Both the position numbers and the translations under genes were made by a program. From Candidatus Omnitrophota bacterium (GTDB taxonomy: Bacteria > Omnitrophota > Gorgyraeia > Gygaellales > Profunditerraquicolaceae), in assembly GCA_028713155.1 (NCBI GenBank), contig JAQTPA010000003.1:13966-77965 (forward strand): DNA of 64,000 nt. Direction: 5' to 3'. Below, one piece after another: positions 52,125 to 61,185 of the stretch. The notes beneath the pieces are model-generated. The model was not told the DNA's origin. It made no database searches and saw nothing but the letters and a program-made list of their open reading frames with translations. Numbering within the stretch: position 1 is the first letter of the stretch; each line of letters starts with the position of its first letter.

Positions 52125-52808
52125 ATGGTTAGTGCGATAATTGTTGCTGCCGGCAAAGGCAGGAGATTCGGGTTTAAGGTTTCCAAGGCCGTCTTGAAAT
52201 TAAATTCCCGGCCGGTCATTGCCTATTCGCTGGCGGTATTCAACGCGCACCCGCAGGTAAAAGAGATTATTGTCGTAGGTAATTCCGGGAATATTCCGGC
52301 CCTGCGCAATATTATAAAGCGGGAAAAAATCGCTAAGCATATTAAGATTGTCCCCGGAGGTAAAGAGCGCCGGGATTCCGTGGCCAAGGGTTTACAGGCA
52401 GTCAACCCGAAGGCGGATCTTATCTTAATCCACGATGCAGCCAGGCCTTTTATCACTAAGAGCCTGGTATCGTCCGTGATAAAAGGAACGCAAAAAATGG
52501 GAGCGGCTATTGCGGCTGTCCCGGTAAAAGCGACCATAAAAAAAGTCCAAAGCGGATTAGTCGTAGAAAAAACATTAGATAGAAAAAGCCTCTGGGAGAT
52601 CCAGACCCCGCAGGTATTTAAAAAGGGCTTGATTTTAAAAGCGTATAAGAAATTCAAACGTCTGCCGGCTACAGACGATGCGATGTTAGTAGAAAGGCTG
52701 GGGGCCAAGGTGAACGTGGTTTTAGGCTCGTATAGCAATATCAAGATAACCACTCCGGAGGATTTTATAATTGCGAAAGGAATAGCCGGATTATGGAAAA
52801 CCGCATAG
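52125..52808 (+). CDS. ispD: 2-C-methyl-D-erythritol 4-phosphate cytidylyltransferase
   Basis: AIIVAAGKGRRFG N-terminus, about 227 aa. Confidence 0.85.
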   Translation: MVSAIIVAAGKGRRFGFKVSKAVLKLNSRPVIAYSLAVFNAHPQVKEIIVVGNSGNIPALRNIIKREKIAKHIKIVPGGKERRDSVAKGLQAVNPKADLILIHDAARPFITKSLVSSVIKGTQKMGAAIAAVPVKATIKKVQSGLVVEKTLDRKSLWEIQTPQVFKKGLILKAYKKFKRLPATDDAMLVERLGAKVNVVLGSYSNIKITTPEDFIIAKGIAGLWKTA

Positions 52809-53281
52809 GTATAGGTTACGATATCCACCGTTTGGTGGACGGCCGCGAGTTATTCATCGGCGGCATAGAAATACCTTATATTAAAGGCTTGCTGGGCCAC
52901 TCTGACGCCGATGTTTTGATCCACGCAATATGCGATGCGCTCCTTGGCGCTATTGCCGGAGGCGATATCGGGAAGTTATTCCCCGACACCAATCCCGAAT
53001 ACCGGGGTATCCGCAGCCGTGAATTGCTAAAAATTGTTTTGGAATTAGTGCGTAAAAAAGGTTATAAGATAACTAACGTAGATACGGTTATCATCGCCGA
53101 GGAACCGAACCTCTCGGCGTTTAAAAACAGGATCCAGGAAAACTTAAGCAAAATCATGAAGATAGATAAAAATTGCGTGGGCATTAAGGCTAAGACCAAC
53201 GAAGGGCTGGGCGCATTGGGCAGTAAAGAGGGGATTGCCTGCTATGCCGTTGTTTTGGTCAGGAAGGAGAACTTATTATGA
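52793..53281 (+). CDS. ispF: 2-C-methyl-D-erythritol 2,4-cyclodiphosphate synthase
   Basis: [10 protein letters not shown] and [12 protein letters not shown] signature. Confidence 0.88.
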   Translation: MENRIGIGYDIHRLVDGRELFIGGIEIPYIKGLLGHSDADVLIHAICDALLGAIAGGDIGKLFPDTNPEYRGIRSRELLKIVLELVRKKGYKITNVDTVIIAEEPNLSAFKNRIQENLSKIMKIDKNCVGIKAKTNEGLGALGSKEGIACYAVVLVRKENLL

Positions 53282-53955
53282 TTTTCCTCGCACAGATATT
53301 ATTATTAATTTTAGGATTGATTATCGTCAAGAATATCGTGATTGCGGTTTTTTTCTACCGGGAAATAAAAACAGCCCAGCAGAAGGACCCTGCCGCCAAG
53401 AGCTTCGTTGAAATTTTACTTTTGTATCAGGGCCTGCATGCTTTGGTTGCTTACCGCGTGGGTAATTTCTTTTACCGGATAAAATTTTTCTTCCTGGCCC
53501 GGTTTATTTCACAGTTAGCGCGTTGGGCTACCGGTATTGAAATACACCCCGGAGCCAGGATCGGCAAGGGCTTGTTTATTGACCACGGCATGGGCGTGGT
53601 TGTCGGTGAAACCGCGATTATCGGGGACAATGTATTACTCTACCAGGGCGTCACTTTAGGCGGAACAGGGCTTGAGCAGGGTAAGCGCCACCCCACCATC
53701 GGTAATAACGTGGTTATTGGCGCAGGCGCTAAGATCCTGGGGAATATTACCATAGGCGATAATTCCTATATCGGAGCCAATGCCGTGGTGATAAAAGATG
53801 TGCCGATGAATTCAACAGTCGTGGGCGTGCCGGGAAGGATTACCAAACAGGAGGGCAAGAAGATTGATATCAGCCTTGACCATATCCACGTGCTTGACCC
53901 GATAATGCAATTGATTGAAGAGCTGGAAAAACGCATTGAAAAGTTAGAAAAATAA
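53278..53955 (+). CDS. cysE: Serine O-acetyltransferase (short form, hexapeptide-repeat)
   Basis: DPAAKS...[11 protein letters not shown]...[11 protein letters not shown], then left-handed beta-helix hexapeptide repeats. Carries an extra hydrophobic stretch of about 30 aa at the N-terminus. Confidence 0.85.
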   Translation: MIFLAQILLLILGLIIVKNIVIAVFFYREIKTAQQKDPAAKSFVEILLLYQGLHALVAYRVGNFFYRIKFFFLARFISQLARWATGIEIHPGARIGKGLFIDHGMGVVVGETAIIGDNVLLYQGVTLGGTGLEQGKRHPTIGNNVVIGAGAKILGNITIGDNSYIGANAVVIKDVPMNSTVVGVPGRITKQEGKKIDISLDHIHVLDPIMQLIEELEKRIEKLEK

Positions 53956-53971
53956 AAAGCCTTTTCTCCTC

Positions 53972-55393
53972 ATGTCTATTTATATATATAATTCCTTATC
54001 CCGTAAAAAAGAAGAATTCCATTCCTTAAAGCCCAAAGAGGTTAAAATGTATGTCTGCGGCCCTACGGTTTACGATGAGCCGCATATCGGCCATGCCCGC
54101 AGCGCCCATATCTTTGATGTTATCCGGCGCTACCTTGCTTACAAGGATTATCAGGTTAAATTTGTCCGTAATGTTACCGACGTAGATGACAAGATTATTA
54201 ATAAGGCTAAGGAGGAATTTCCGGGAGAGGATTTAAATGCTGCCTGTAAAAAGGTCGCCGAAAAATACCTTGCTGCGTACCAGGAAGCATTAAAGAGTTT
54301 AAACATAGGGATTGATCAGGAAAAAATCTTTGAGCCCAGGGCCAGTGAATACATCCCTAAAATGGTTAAGTTTATCCAGGGCTTGATTGACCGGGGCGCG
54401 GCTTATGTTTCAGGGGGAGATGTTTATTTTGATATTACTAAAGCTAAAAACTACGGGAAATTATCCAACCAGTCGTTAGAGAAGATGGAATCCGGAGTAA
54501 GAGTTGCTCCCCAGGAAAATAAACGCAACCCCCTGGATTTTGCGCTTTGGAAATCCGCCAAGGAGAATGAGCCGTCCTGGGACAGTCCGTTTGGCAGGGG
54601 GAGGCCCGGCTGGCACATTGAGTGTTCCGTAATGAGCTCGGATATTTTAGGCGAGGAGTTTGACATCCACGGAGGAGGGATTGACCTGATTTTCCCGCAC
54701 CATGAAAATGAGATCGCCCAATCCGAAGCAGCCGGAGAGAAATTTGCCAGATACTGGATCCACCACGGGCTCCTGACCATCAACGGCCAGAAAATGGCTA
54801 AATCATTAGGCAATTTCATCACTGTCCAGGACTTCCTGGATAAATATAAGAATGCGGACTTACTCAAGTTACTATTCTTATCTACGCATTATACGCACCC
54901 GGTTGATTATACTGATGAGAAAATCCAGGAAGCTAAAAAATCATACGAAAGATTCCAGATATTATTTCAAAAGATAGATAGAGAATTTGGCTCAAGAGAT
55001 ACGGCTAAACTGCCGACAGGCAGTAAAGGAAACATTAGTATTTTTAAAGATAAATTTGTAAAAGCTATGGACGATGATTTTAATACTCCTCAAGCCTTAG
55101 GGGTATTATTTGATATGGTAACTGAATGTAATAAAATATTTGATAGCGATAAAAGATTTATACTTAGAACAGCTATGGAAACTATAATCGAGTTAGCAAA
55201 TATTTTTGGTTTGTCTTTCGGGGAGATTAAAGAAGAAAAATCTGATAACTGGGTTATGACTGCTATAGCTATGCGAGAGCAATTTAGAAAAGATAAAAAA
55301 TTTAAAGAAGCAGACGAAATTAGAAAAGAGCTAGAAGTTAAGGGTATTATTTTAGAAGATACCAAGGACGGAACAATTCCGCGTAGAAAATAA
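53972..55393 (+). CDS. cysS: Cysteine--tRNA ligase
   Basis: HIGH motif (HIGHARS), KMSKS variant (KMAKSLGN), and zinc-binding Cys/His ligands. Confidence 0.92.
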   Translation: MSIYIYNSLSRKKEEFHSLKPKEVKMYVCGPTVYDEPHIGHARSAHIFDVIRRYLAYKDYQVKFVRNVTDVDDKIINKAKEEFPGEDLNAACKKVAEKYLAAYQEALKSLNIGIDQEKIFEPRASEYIPKMVKFIQGLIDRGAAYVSGGDVYFDITKAKNYGKLSNQSLEKMESGVRVAPQENKRNPLDFALWKSAKENEPSWDSPFGRGRPGWHIECSVMSSDILGEEFDIHGGGIDLIFPHHENEIAQSEAAGEKFARYWIHHGLLTINGQKMAKSLGNFITVQDFLDKYKNADLLKLLFLSTHYTHPVDYTDEKIQEAKKSYERFQILFQKIDREFGSRDTAKLPTGSKGNISIFKDKFVKAMDDDFNTPQALGVLFDMVTECNKIFDSDKRFILRTAMETIIELANIFGLSFGEIKEEKSDNWVMTAIAMREQFRKDKKFKEADEIRKELEVKGIILEDTKDGTIPRRK

Positions 55394-55411
55394 GCGTATA
55401 GGGAAAAGTGT

Positions 55412-55430
55412 ATAGGGAAACGGTCCCTAT
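55412..55430 (+). repeat. Palindrome ATAGGGA-aacgg-TCCCTAT, 7 nt upstream of the tmk start, preceded by a GTATAGGGAAA direct repeat
   Basis: Read directly. GTATAGGGAAA occurs at 55396-55406 and again at 55410-55420. Confidence 0.8.
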
Positions 55431-55437
55431 TCTCACT

Positions 55438-56052
55438 ATGAAAGGTAAATTCATTACATTTGAAGGTTCAGAGGGCTGCGGCAAGAGCACCCAGTCAGCC
55501 ATGCTTTATGAGTATCTTAAAGCCAAGGGTAAGCGCGTCATTTACCTGCGCGAGCCCGGCGCTACCAAAATCAGCGAGAAGATCCGCGATATTCTCCTGG
55601 ATGCTAAAAATCAAGCCATATCTGTGCAATGCGAGATGCTTCTTTACATGGCTGCCCGGGCGCAGATCGTCGCTGAGCTGATTGAGCCGGCGCTTAAAAA
55701 AGGAGTAATGGTTATCTGCGACAGGTTCCTGGATTCCACGCTTGCTTATCAGGGTTATGGTTTAGGTATGAGTATTGCTCTGATCAGAAAGGTCGGAGCA
55801 TTTACCACCCGCGGCATAACCCCGGACATAACTTTCTTTTTGGATCTTGCGGTTAAGCACGGGCTCAGACACCGCCAGGCAAATCTGGACCGTATTGAGA
55901 TGCGCTCGGTTAACTATCATTTACGCGTGCGCAGGGGTTATCTGAAGTTAGCTAAACAAGAGCCAAAACGGATCAAGGTTGTGAAGGTAGAAAAAGATAA
56001 ATATAAAACCCAAGGCGCAATCAGAAAACTGGTAGAAAAATATGTCCTTTAG
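55438..56052 (+). CDS. tmk: Thymidylate kinase
   Basis: P-loop FITFEGSEGCGKST, DRF motif and lid region. ATG at 55438; the ORF track starts upstream at 55408. Confidence 0.85.
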   Translation: MKGKFITFEGSEGCGKSTQSAMLYEYLKAKGKRVIYLREPGATKISEKIRDILLDAKNQAISVQCEMLLYMAARAQIVAELIEPALKKGVMVICDRFLDSTLAYQGYGLGMSIALIRKVGAFTTRGITPDITFFLDLAVKHGLRHRQANLDRIEMRSVNYHLRVRRGYLKLAKQEPKRIKVVKVEKDKYKTQGAIRKLVEKYVL

Positions 56053-57001
56053 CGCAATCAAGGGCCAGGATAGGCCGGTAGAGATTATTAAGAGCTATAT
56101 AAAGAATGCGCGGATGGAGGGAGGATATTTATTCGTTGGCCCTGAAGGCATAGGAAAAAAAATGGCTGCTTTGGCCTTAGCCAAGACCTTGAATTGCCTG
56201 GAAGCCAAAACCGACGCTTGCGGCCATTGCGCTTCCTGCTTGAAAATAGAAAATGGCCAGCATCCGGATGTGCGTGTAATTTCAGGAGGGGAGGCGCAGC
56301 TAAAAATAGAGGCTATCCGGCAGTTGCAGAAGGATATAAATCTTAAGGCCTATGAAGGGATTTTCAAGGTTTACATCATTGATAATGCCCATACCTTATC
56401 TGCCGAAGCAGGGAACTGCTTATTAAAGATCCTGGAGGAGCCTCCTAAGAAGAGCCTGATTATCCTGGTCAGCGATAAGCCGAGCCTGCTTTTTAAGACG
56501 ATTATTTCCCGGTGCAAGATTTTAAAATTCCTACCGCTAAAAAGAGAGGCCCTGGAAGAAGTTTTGAAAAAAGAATATAAGCTGGACGTTCAATTCGCGC
56601 ATTTCCTGGCCTATTTTTCTGAAGGCAGGCTGGGCCGGGCCTTAAAGTTAAAAGACGGCGGGATACTGGCTAAGAAAAACAACCTCATTGATAGATTTGT
56701 CCTTAGCCCCCGTCCGGATATGGAGAGCCTGGCGCAGCAGGATAAGGAAGATGTGCGTTTTTCTTTAAACTTACTGGCTGCCTGGTTCAGGGACATTTAT
56801 TTACTGAAAGTCGGCCTGGCGGAGCAGGAGATTATCAATACTGACCGCCGGGAGGAATTAACGCATTCGGCCAGGGTTTTTTCGTTTTTTGATTTAGAGA
56901 CAATTTTTACAAACCTGTCTACGGCCATAGCCTGTTTAGAAAAGAATGTCAACACGCGATTATTGCTGTTTAACCTGAGGATGGAATTATGGAAAGCTTA
57001 A
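56042..57001 (+). CDS. holB: DNA polymerase III subunit delta'
   Basis: AAA+-like N-terminus (YLFVGPEGIGK), a zinc module (C..C.HC.SC), and a clamp-loader C-terminus. Lies in the tmk-holB-yaaT synteny. Confidence 0.8.
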   Translation: MSFSAIKGQDRPVEIIKSYIKNARMEGGYLFVGPEGIGKKMAALALAKTLNCLEAKTDACGHCASCLKIENGQHPDVRVISGGEAQLKIEAIRQLQKDINLKAYEGIFKVYIIDNAHTLSAEAGNCLLKILEEPPKKSLIILVSDKPSLLFKTIISRCKILKFLPLKREALEEVLKKEYKLDVQFAHFLAYFSEGRLGRALKLKDGGILAKKNNLIDRFVLSPRPDMESLAQQDKEDVRFSLNLLAAWFRDIYLLKVGLAEQEIINTDRREELTHSARVFSFFDLETIFTNLSTAIACLEKNVNTRLLLFNLRMELWKA

Positions 57002-57828
57002 TTTTTGTGCGCTTGAGGGATTCCGGCCAGGTTTATCCCTATAATAGCGGCGGGCTTAAAGTCAAAGAAGGGGATTATGTAGTTGTTGAGCATGACCGCG
57101 GCCAGGATTATGGACAGGTAGTTACGTCCGGCGAAGTTGCTTGCGTTAAAGATAACGCCGCTGGGCAGGCAGGCCCGTCTGCCGGCCAAGTAGGTAAGGA
57201 GCCGCCTAAGAGGATATTGCGTCTGGCTAAAGACACGGATATCCGGCAGATCGAAGAGAACCGCCTAAAGGCAAAAGAAGTTTTTAATTCCTGCGTGAAA
57301 AAGATAGAAGAGCATAAACTGGATATGAAGCTTGTCCAGGCCGAATATTCCTTTGACCGTTCAAAAATAGTATTTTATTTCACGGCTAACGGTAGAGTAG
57401 ATTTCAGGAATTTGGTAAAGGACCTGGCTAAGATTTTTAAGGCCAGGATTGAATTAAGGCAGATTGGCGTGCGCGACGAAGCCAGGCTTTTTGGCGGATT
57501 CGGGCCGTGCGGCAGAGAACTCTGTTGTGCCCGCTTTTTAAAAGATTTTGAGCCGGTGACCATTAAAATGGCTAAGGAAGAAGGCCTGCCTTTAAACCCG
57601 CCGAAAATCTCCGGGATTTGCGGAAGGCTGATGTGCTGCCTTTCGTTTGAATATGAAAGTTATAAATTGCTTTCTAAAGGTCTTCCCCGCGAAGGAGAAC
57701 ACGTGCATACGCCGCAGGGAAAGGGTAAGGTTATGAGTATTAATGTATTTAAGCGCACTGCCTCAGTGCAGCTGGAAGACGGGACATGGATAACGGTAAG
57801 TTATAAGGATAAAGAGCATGGGAAATAA
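56989..57828 (+). CDS. ricT: PSP1 C-terminal domain protein (YaaT/RicT-like)
   Basis: PSP1 domain with conserved cysteines (GPCGRELCCARFL, CGRLMCC). Confidence 0.75.
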   Translation: MESLIFVRLRDSGQVYPYNSGGLKVKEGDYVVVEHDRGQDYGQVVTSGEVACVKDNAAGQAGPSAGQVGKEPPKRILRLAKDTDIRQIEENRLKAKEVFNSCVKKIEEHKLDMKLVQAEYSFDRSKIVFYFTANGRVDFRNLVKDLAKIFKARIELRQIGVRDEARLFGGFGPCGRELCCARFLKDFEPVTIKMAKEEGLPLNPPKISGICGRLMCCLSFEYESYKLLSKGLPREGEHVHTPQGKGKVMSINVFKRTASVQLEDGTWITVSYKDKEHGK

Positions 57829-59311
57829 ATTTTACCTGACTACGCCTCTTTATTACGTAAACGCTTCGCCGCATATCGGGCACTCCTATACTACGATTGC
57901 CGCGGACACCTTAGCCCGCCATATGCGTAGGGTTATAGGTGAGGATAAAGTCTGGTTTCTTACCGGTACCGACGAGCACGGCCAGAAGATCCAGCGCGCC
58001 GCGGAAGCGGCAAAATTAAGCCCGCAGGATTTCGCGGATAAGACGAGCCTGCAATTTAAAGGCCTCTGGCAAAAACTCGATATTTCTTATAATGATTTTA
58101 TCCGCACTAGCCAAGAGCGGCACATTAAAACCGTGCAGAAGGTTTTAGATATACTCTATAAAAAGGGGGATATCTATGAAGGTAAATATGAGGGCTTGTA
58201 TTGCACGCCCTGTGAAACATTCTGGCTGGAATCGCAGGCGCCGGAAGGAAAGTGCCCGGATTGCCAGAGGCCGGTAGAAAAAATTACCGAGACAAATTAT
58301 TTTTTTAAGCTGGCTAAATACCAGGAATGGCTGTTAGGCTATTTGAATAATAACCGGGATTTTATCAAGCCTTCCAGCCGGTATGAAGAGACCTTAAGTT
58401 TTCTAGAATTAAATAAATTGAATGATTTATGTATTTCCCGGCCCAAAGAACGTTTAAGCTGGGGCATACCTTTGCCATTCGCTCCGGGTCATGTTACCTA
58501 TGTCTGGTTTGACGCGCTCATTAATTATATAAGCGCCGTAGGAGAGTTTGACGAAAACGATAAATATCAATCCCCATGGTGGCCTGCGGACCTGCATTTA
58601 ATGGCCAAGGACATATTACGGCAGCATACGGTATATTGGCCGATTATGCTGCATGCTTTGGGTGTCGGGCTCCCGCAAAAAGTATTTGCGCACGGCTGGT
58701 GGCTGATCAATGAAGATAAGATGTCCAAGTCTAAGGGTAATGTGGTTAACCCGCTGGAGATGATCAAAAAATACGGACTTGACGCTTACCGGTATTTTCT
58801 TTTACGGGACGTGCCTTTTGGCCTGGATGGGAATTTTTCGGAAAGCGCGATCATTAAGCGTTATAACAGCGATTTAGCCAATGACCTGGGCAACCTGGTC
58901 TATAGGACTTTGACTATGGTTGAAAAATATTTTGCGGGTAATATCCCGGATGTTGATTTAAGCGAGCATAACGGCGATCGGCAGGTTGCCGGCATAACGG
59001 CTAAGATTGAAAATTTAAAGCCGTTGGTTTATGCAGCACTGAATAACCAGGATTTTAGCCGCGCTTTAGAAAGTATCTGGGAACTGATTGGAGTGGCGAA
59101 TAAATATGTTGAAGATACCAAGCCCTGGAACCTGGAAAAAGGAAAAAAAGAAGAGGAGCTTAAGAAATTTATCCGTATATTAGTAGAGGTAATTCGGAAG
59201 GTCGGCGAAGAATTAGAAGCATTTATGCCCCAGACAGCTGCTTTAATCAGAGAACAGATCGGGAGCAGCGCAATAAAGAAAGGTTCTCCCTTATTTCCCC
59301 GCATATGTTAG
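57818..59311 (+). CDS. metG: Methionine--tRNA ligase (short form)
   Basis: HIGH motif (PHIGHSYT), a zinc knuckle (CTPCE...CPDCQ), and KMSKS. Confidence 0.92.
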   Translation: MGNKFYLTTPLYYVNASPHIGHSYTTIAADTLARHMRRVIGEDKVWFLTGTDEHGQKIQRAAEAAKLSPQDFADKTSLQFKGLWQKLDISYNDFIRTSQERHIKTVQKVLDILYKKGDIYEGKYEGLYCTPCETFWLESQAPEGKCPDCQRPVEKITETNYFFKLAKYQEWLLGYLNNNRDFIKPSSRYEETLSFLELNKLNDLCISRPKERLSWGIPLPFAPGHVTYVWFDALINYISAVGEFDENDKYQSPWWPADLHLMAKDILRQHTVYWPIMLHALGVGLPQKVFAHGWWLINEDKMSKSKGNVVNPLEMIKKYGLDAYRYFLLRDVPFGLDGNFSESAIIKRYNSDLANDLGNLVYRTLTMVEKYFAGNIPDVDLSEHNGDRQVAGITAKIENLKPLVYAALNNQDFSRALESIWELIGVANKYVEDTKPWNLEKGKKEEELKKFIRILVEVIRKVGEELEAFMPQTAALIREQIGSSAIKKGSPLFPRIC

Positions 59312-60063
59312 TTGATACGCATTGCCACTTGGATTTTCCCGTATTTGACCAGGATAGAGATGAAGTTTTAAGCCGCGCCAAGGCCCAGGGCGTAGATTAT
59401 ATGATTAATATCGGCTCAAGCCTGGAAGGCTCAAGAAGGTCGGTTGAGCTGGCTCAAAAATACGGGCCGGTCTATGCGGCAGTCGGTATCCATCCCCATG
59501 AAGCGGATGATTTTAGCTGGGAGATAGAAAAAGAAATAAAGGAGCTGGCCAAAAAGAACAAAGTCGTGGCTATCGGCGAGATTGGCCTGGATTATTTTAA
59601 GGGCTATTCCCAGAAAGAAAACCAGCTTCCTTTATTTTCAACTTTAATTAAACTAGCCAAAGAGTCAAACCTGCCGTTAGTCATACATACAAGAGAAGCC
59701 CAGGCAGATACTTTAAGGATTTTGAAAGAAGCGCTGCCGGTAAGGGGAGTAGTGCATTGTTTTTCCGGGGATAAGGGATTTTTAAAGGAATGCCTGGATT
59801 TAGGCTTTTTGGTTTCCTTTACCTGTAATGTTACCTATAAGAAAGCGGATACCTTAAGGGAGATAATTAAGTCTGTTCCGCTAGTAAGCCTATTACTTGA
59901 AACAGATGCCCCGTATTTAGCTCCGGAAGGCTTGCGCGGCAAAAGGAATGAGCCGGCCCAGGTCCGGCCGTTGGCCGAACTGGTCGCCGGACTTAAAGGC
60001 TTAAAATTTGAAGAATTAGCCAGAGTTACCACGGAGAATGCCAGGAGGTTTTTCAATTTTTAA
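59305..60063 (+). CDS. tatD: TatD-family metal-dependent DNase/hydrolase
   Basis: VDTHCHLD N-terminus and conserved His/Asp/Glu ligands (HPH, HTR, HCF, ETDAPYL). Confidence 0.85.
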   Translation: MLVDTHCHLDFPVFDQDRDEVLSRAKAQGVDYMINIGSSLEGSRRSVELAQKYGPVYAAVGIHPHEADDFSWEIEKEIKELAKKNKVVAIGEIGLDYFKGYSQKENQLPLFSTLIKLAKESNLPLVIHTREAQADTLRILKEALPVRGVVHCFSGDKGFLKECLDLGFLVSFTCNVTYKKADTLREIIKSVPLVSLLLETDAPYLAPEGLRGKRNEPAQVRPLAELVAGLKGLKFEELARVTTENARRFFNF

Positions 60064-61185
60064 ATGGACGCACAGGTAAGTATTATAAAATGCGCTGATT
60101 ATACCCCAAAACTTGTCGAAGTCAGCGTAAGAAAGGCCATCGGGCTAATCGGCGGTATAGCCCGTTTTGTTAAACCGGGCGCAAGAGTATTGGTCAAGCC
60201 GAATATGCTTATGGCCAAGGAGCCGGAGTGCGGGATCGATACTCATCCGGAAGTGGTGCGTCAGGTAATCCGGGTATTAAAAGATATCAATTGCCATATT
60301 TTTGTCGGCGATAGCCCGAACGTGTGGGGTGGCGAAATTGAAAACGTGGATGAAGTTTACCGCCGCTCAGGCATATTAAAGGTTTGCCAGGAAGAAAAAG
60401 TAGCGCTGGTTAAATTTGACAAAAGGCGCATGCGTCAAAAATTCCCTTTAACTACCTGGTTAGACCATTGCGATTACTTAGTCAGTATACCAAAGTTTAA
60501 AACCCACGGGCTCACGCTTTTGACGGGGGCAGTAAAGAACCTTTTTGGTTTGGTTACCGGGACCTTTAAAACAGAACTGCACAAAAATTATTTTCAGATT
60601 GAAGAATTTTCAAAAATTATGGCGGATATTTACGCCGAGGCCAGGCCCGCCTTGACCATTATCGACGGAATCGTGGCTATGGAAGGGGATGGCCCGGCAA
60701 CCGGCGGAAAGCTGCGCAACCTAGGATTACTGCTGGCGGGGAGCGATTGCGTAGCGCTGGATAGCGTAATGGCTAAAATAATGGGAGTTAAACCTTTTGA
60801 TGTCTGGAGTATCCGGGAGGCTAGCCAAAGGGGATTGGGGGTGGCTGATCTAGCTGCTATAAAAATTCTGGGTGAAAGACCGGAGGATTTAAAGGTAAAA
60901 CCTTTTTTACTTCCGACATCAACGTTCCCGGTAAAGAAATTTCCCAGGCTGGTAATTAACCTGGTTAAACGTTTGATTAAGTATTACCCTTATTCCGTGC
61001 GGAATAATTGCACCAGGTGTTTTGCCTGTGTTAAAATATGCCCGAATAAATGTATTAGTATGCGGCAAGAGGGGATAGTTTTTGATTATAGAAAGTGTAT
61101 TGCCTGTTTCTGCTGCCAGGAGGCATGCCCTTCGGCAGCAATTGGAATCAAGAAGAGCCTGTTTGCCAAAATTATAGGATTATGA
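60064..61185 (+). CDS. DUF362-domain protein fused to a C-terminal 2x[4Fe-4S] ferredoxin domain
   Basis: The N-terminal 300 aa carry the DUF362 signature. The C-terminus carries two CxxCxxC...CP clusters (CTRCFACVKICP and CIACFCCQEACP). Confidence 0.65.
   Translation: MDAQVSIIKCADYTPKLVEVSVRKAIGLIGGIARFVKPGARVLVKPNMLMAKEPECGIDTHPEVVRQVIRVLKDINCHIFVGDSPNVWGGEIENVDEVYRRSGILKVCQEEKVALVKFDKRRMRQKFPLTTWLDHCDYLVSIPKFKTHGLTLLTGAVKNLFGLVTGTFKTELHKNYFQIEEFSKIMADIYAEARPALTIIDGIVAMEGDGPATGGKLRNLGLLLAGSDCVALDSVMAKIMGVKPFDVWSIREASQRGLGVADLAAIKILGERPEDLKVKPFLLPTSTFPVKKFPRLVINLVKRLIKYYPYSVRNNCTRCFACVKICPNKCISMRQEGIVFDYRKCIACFCCQEACPSAAIGIKKSLFAKIIGL

Noticed and set aside
56150-56162. Homopolymeric A8-A9 tracts in holB (56150-56162), murB (28497-28506) and mcsA (43595-43602) as potential phase-variation sites
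   Set aside because: They encode lysine runs in essential housekeeping genes, which is ordinary for an AT-leaning genome. Contingency behaviour is not expected in such genes.
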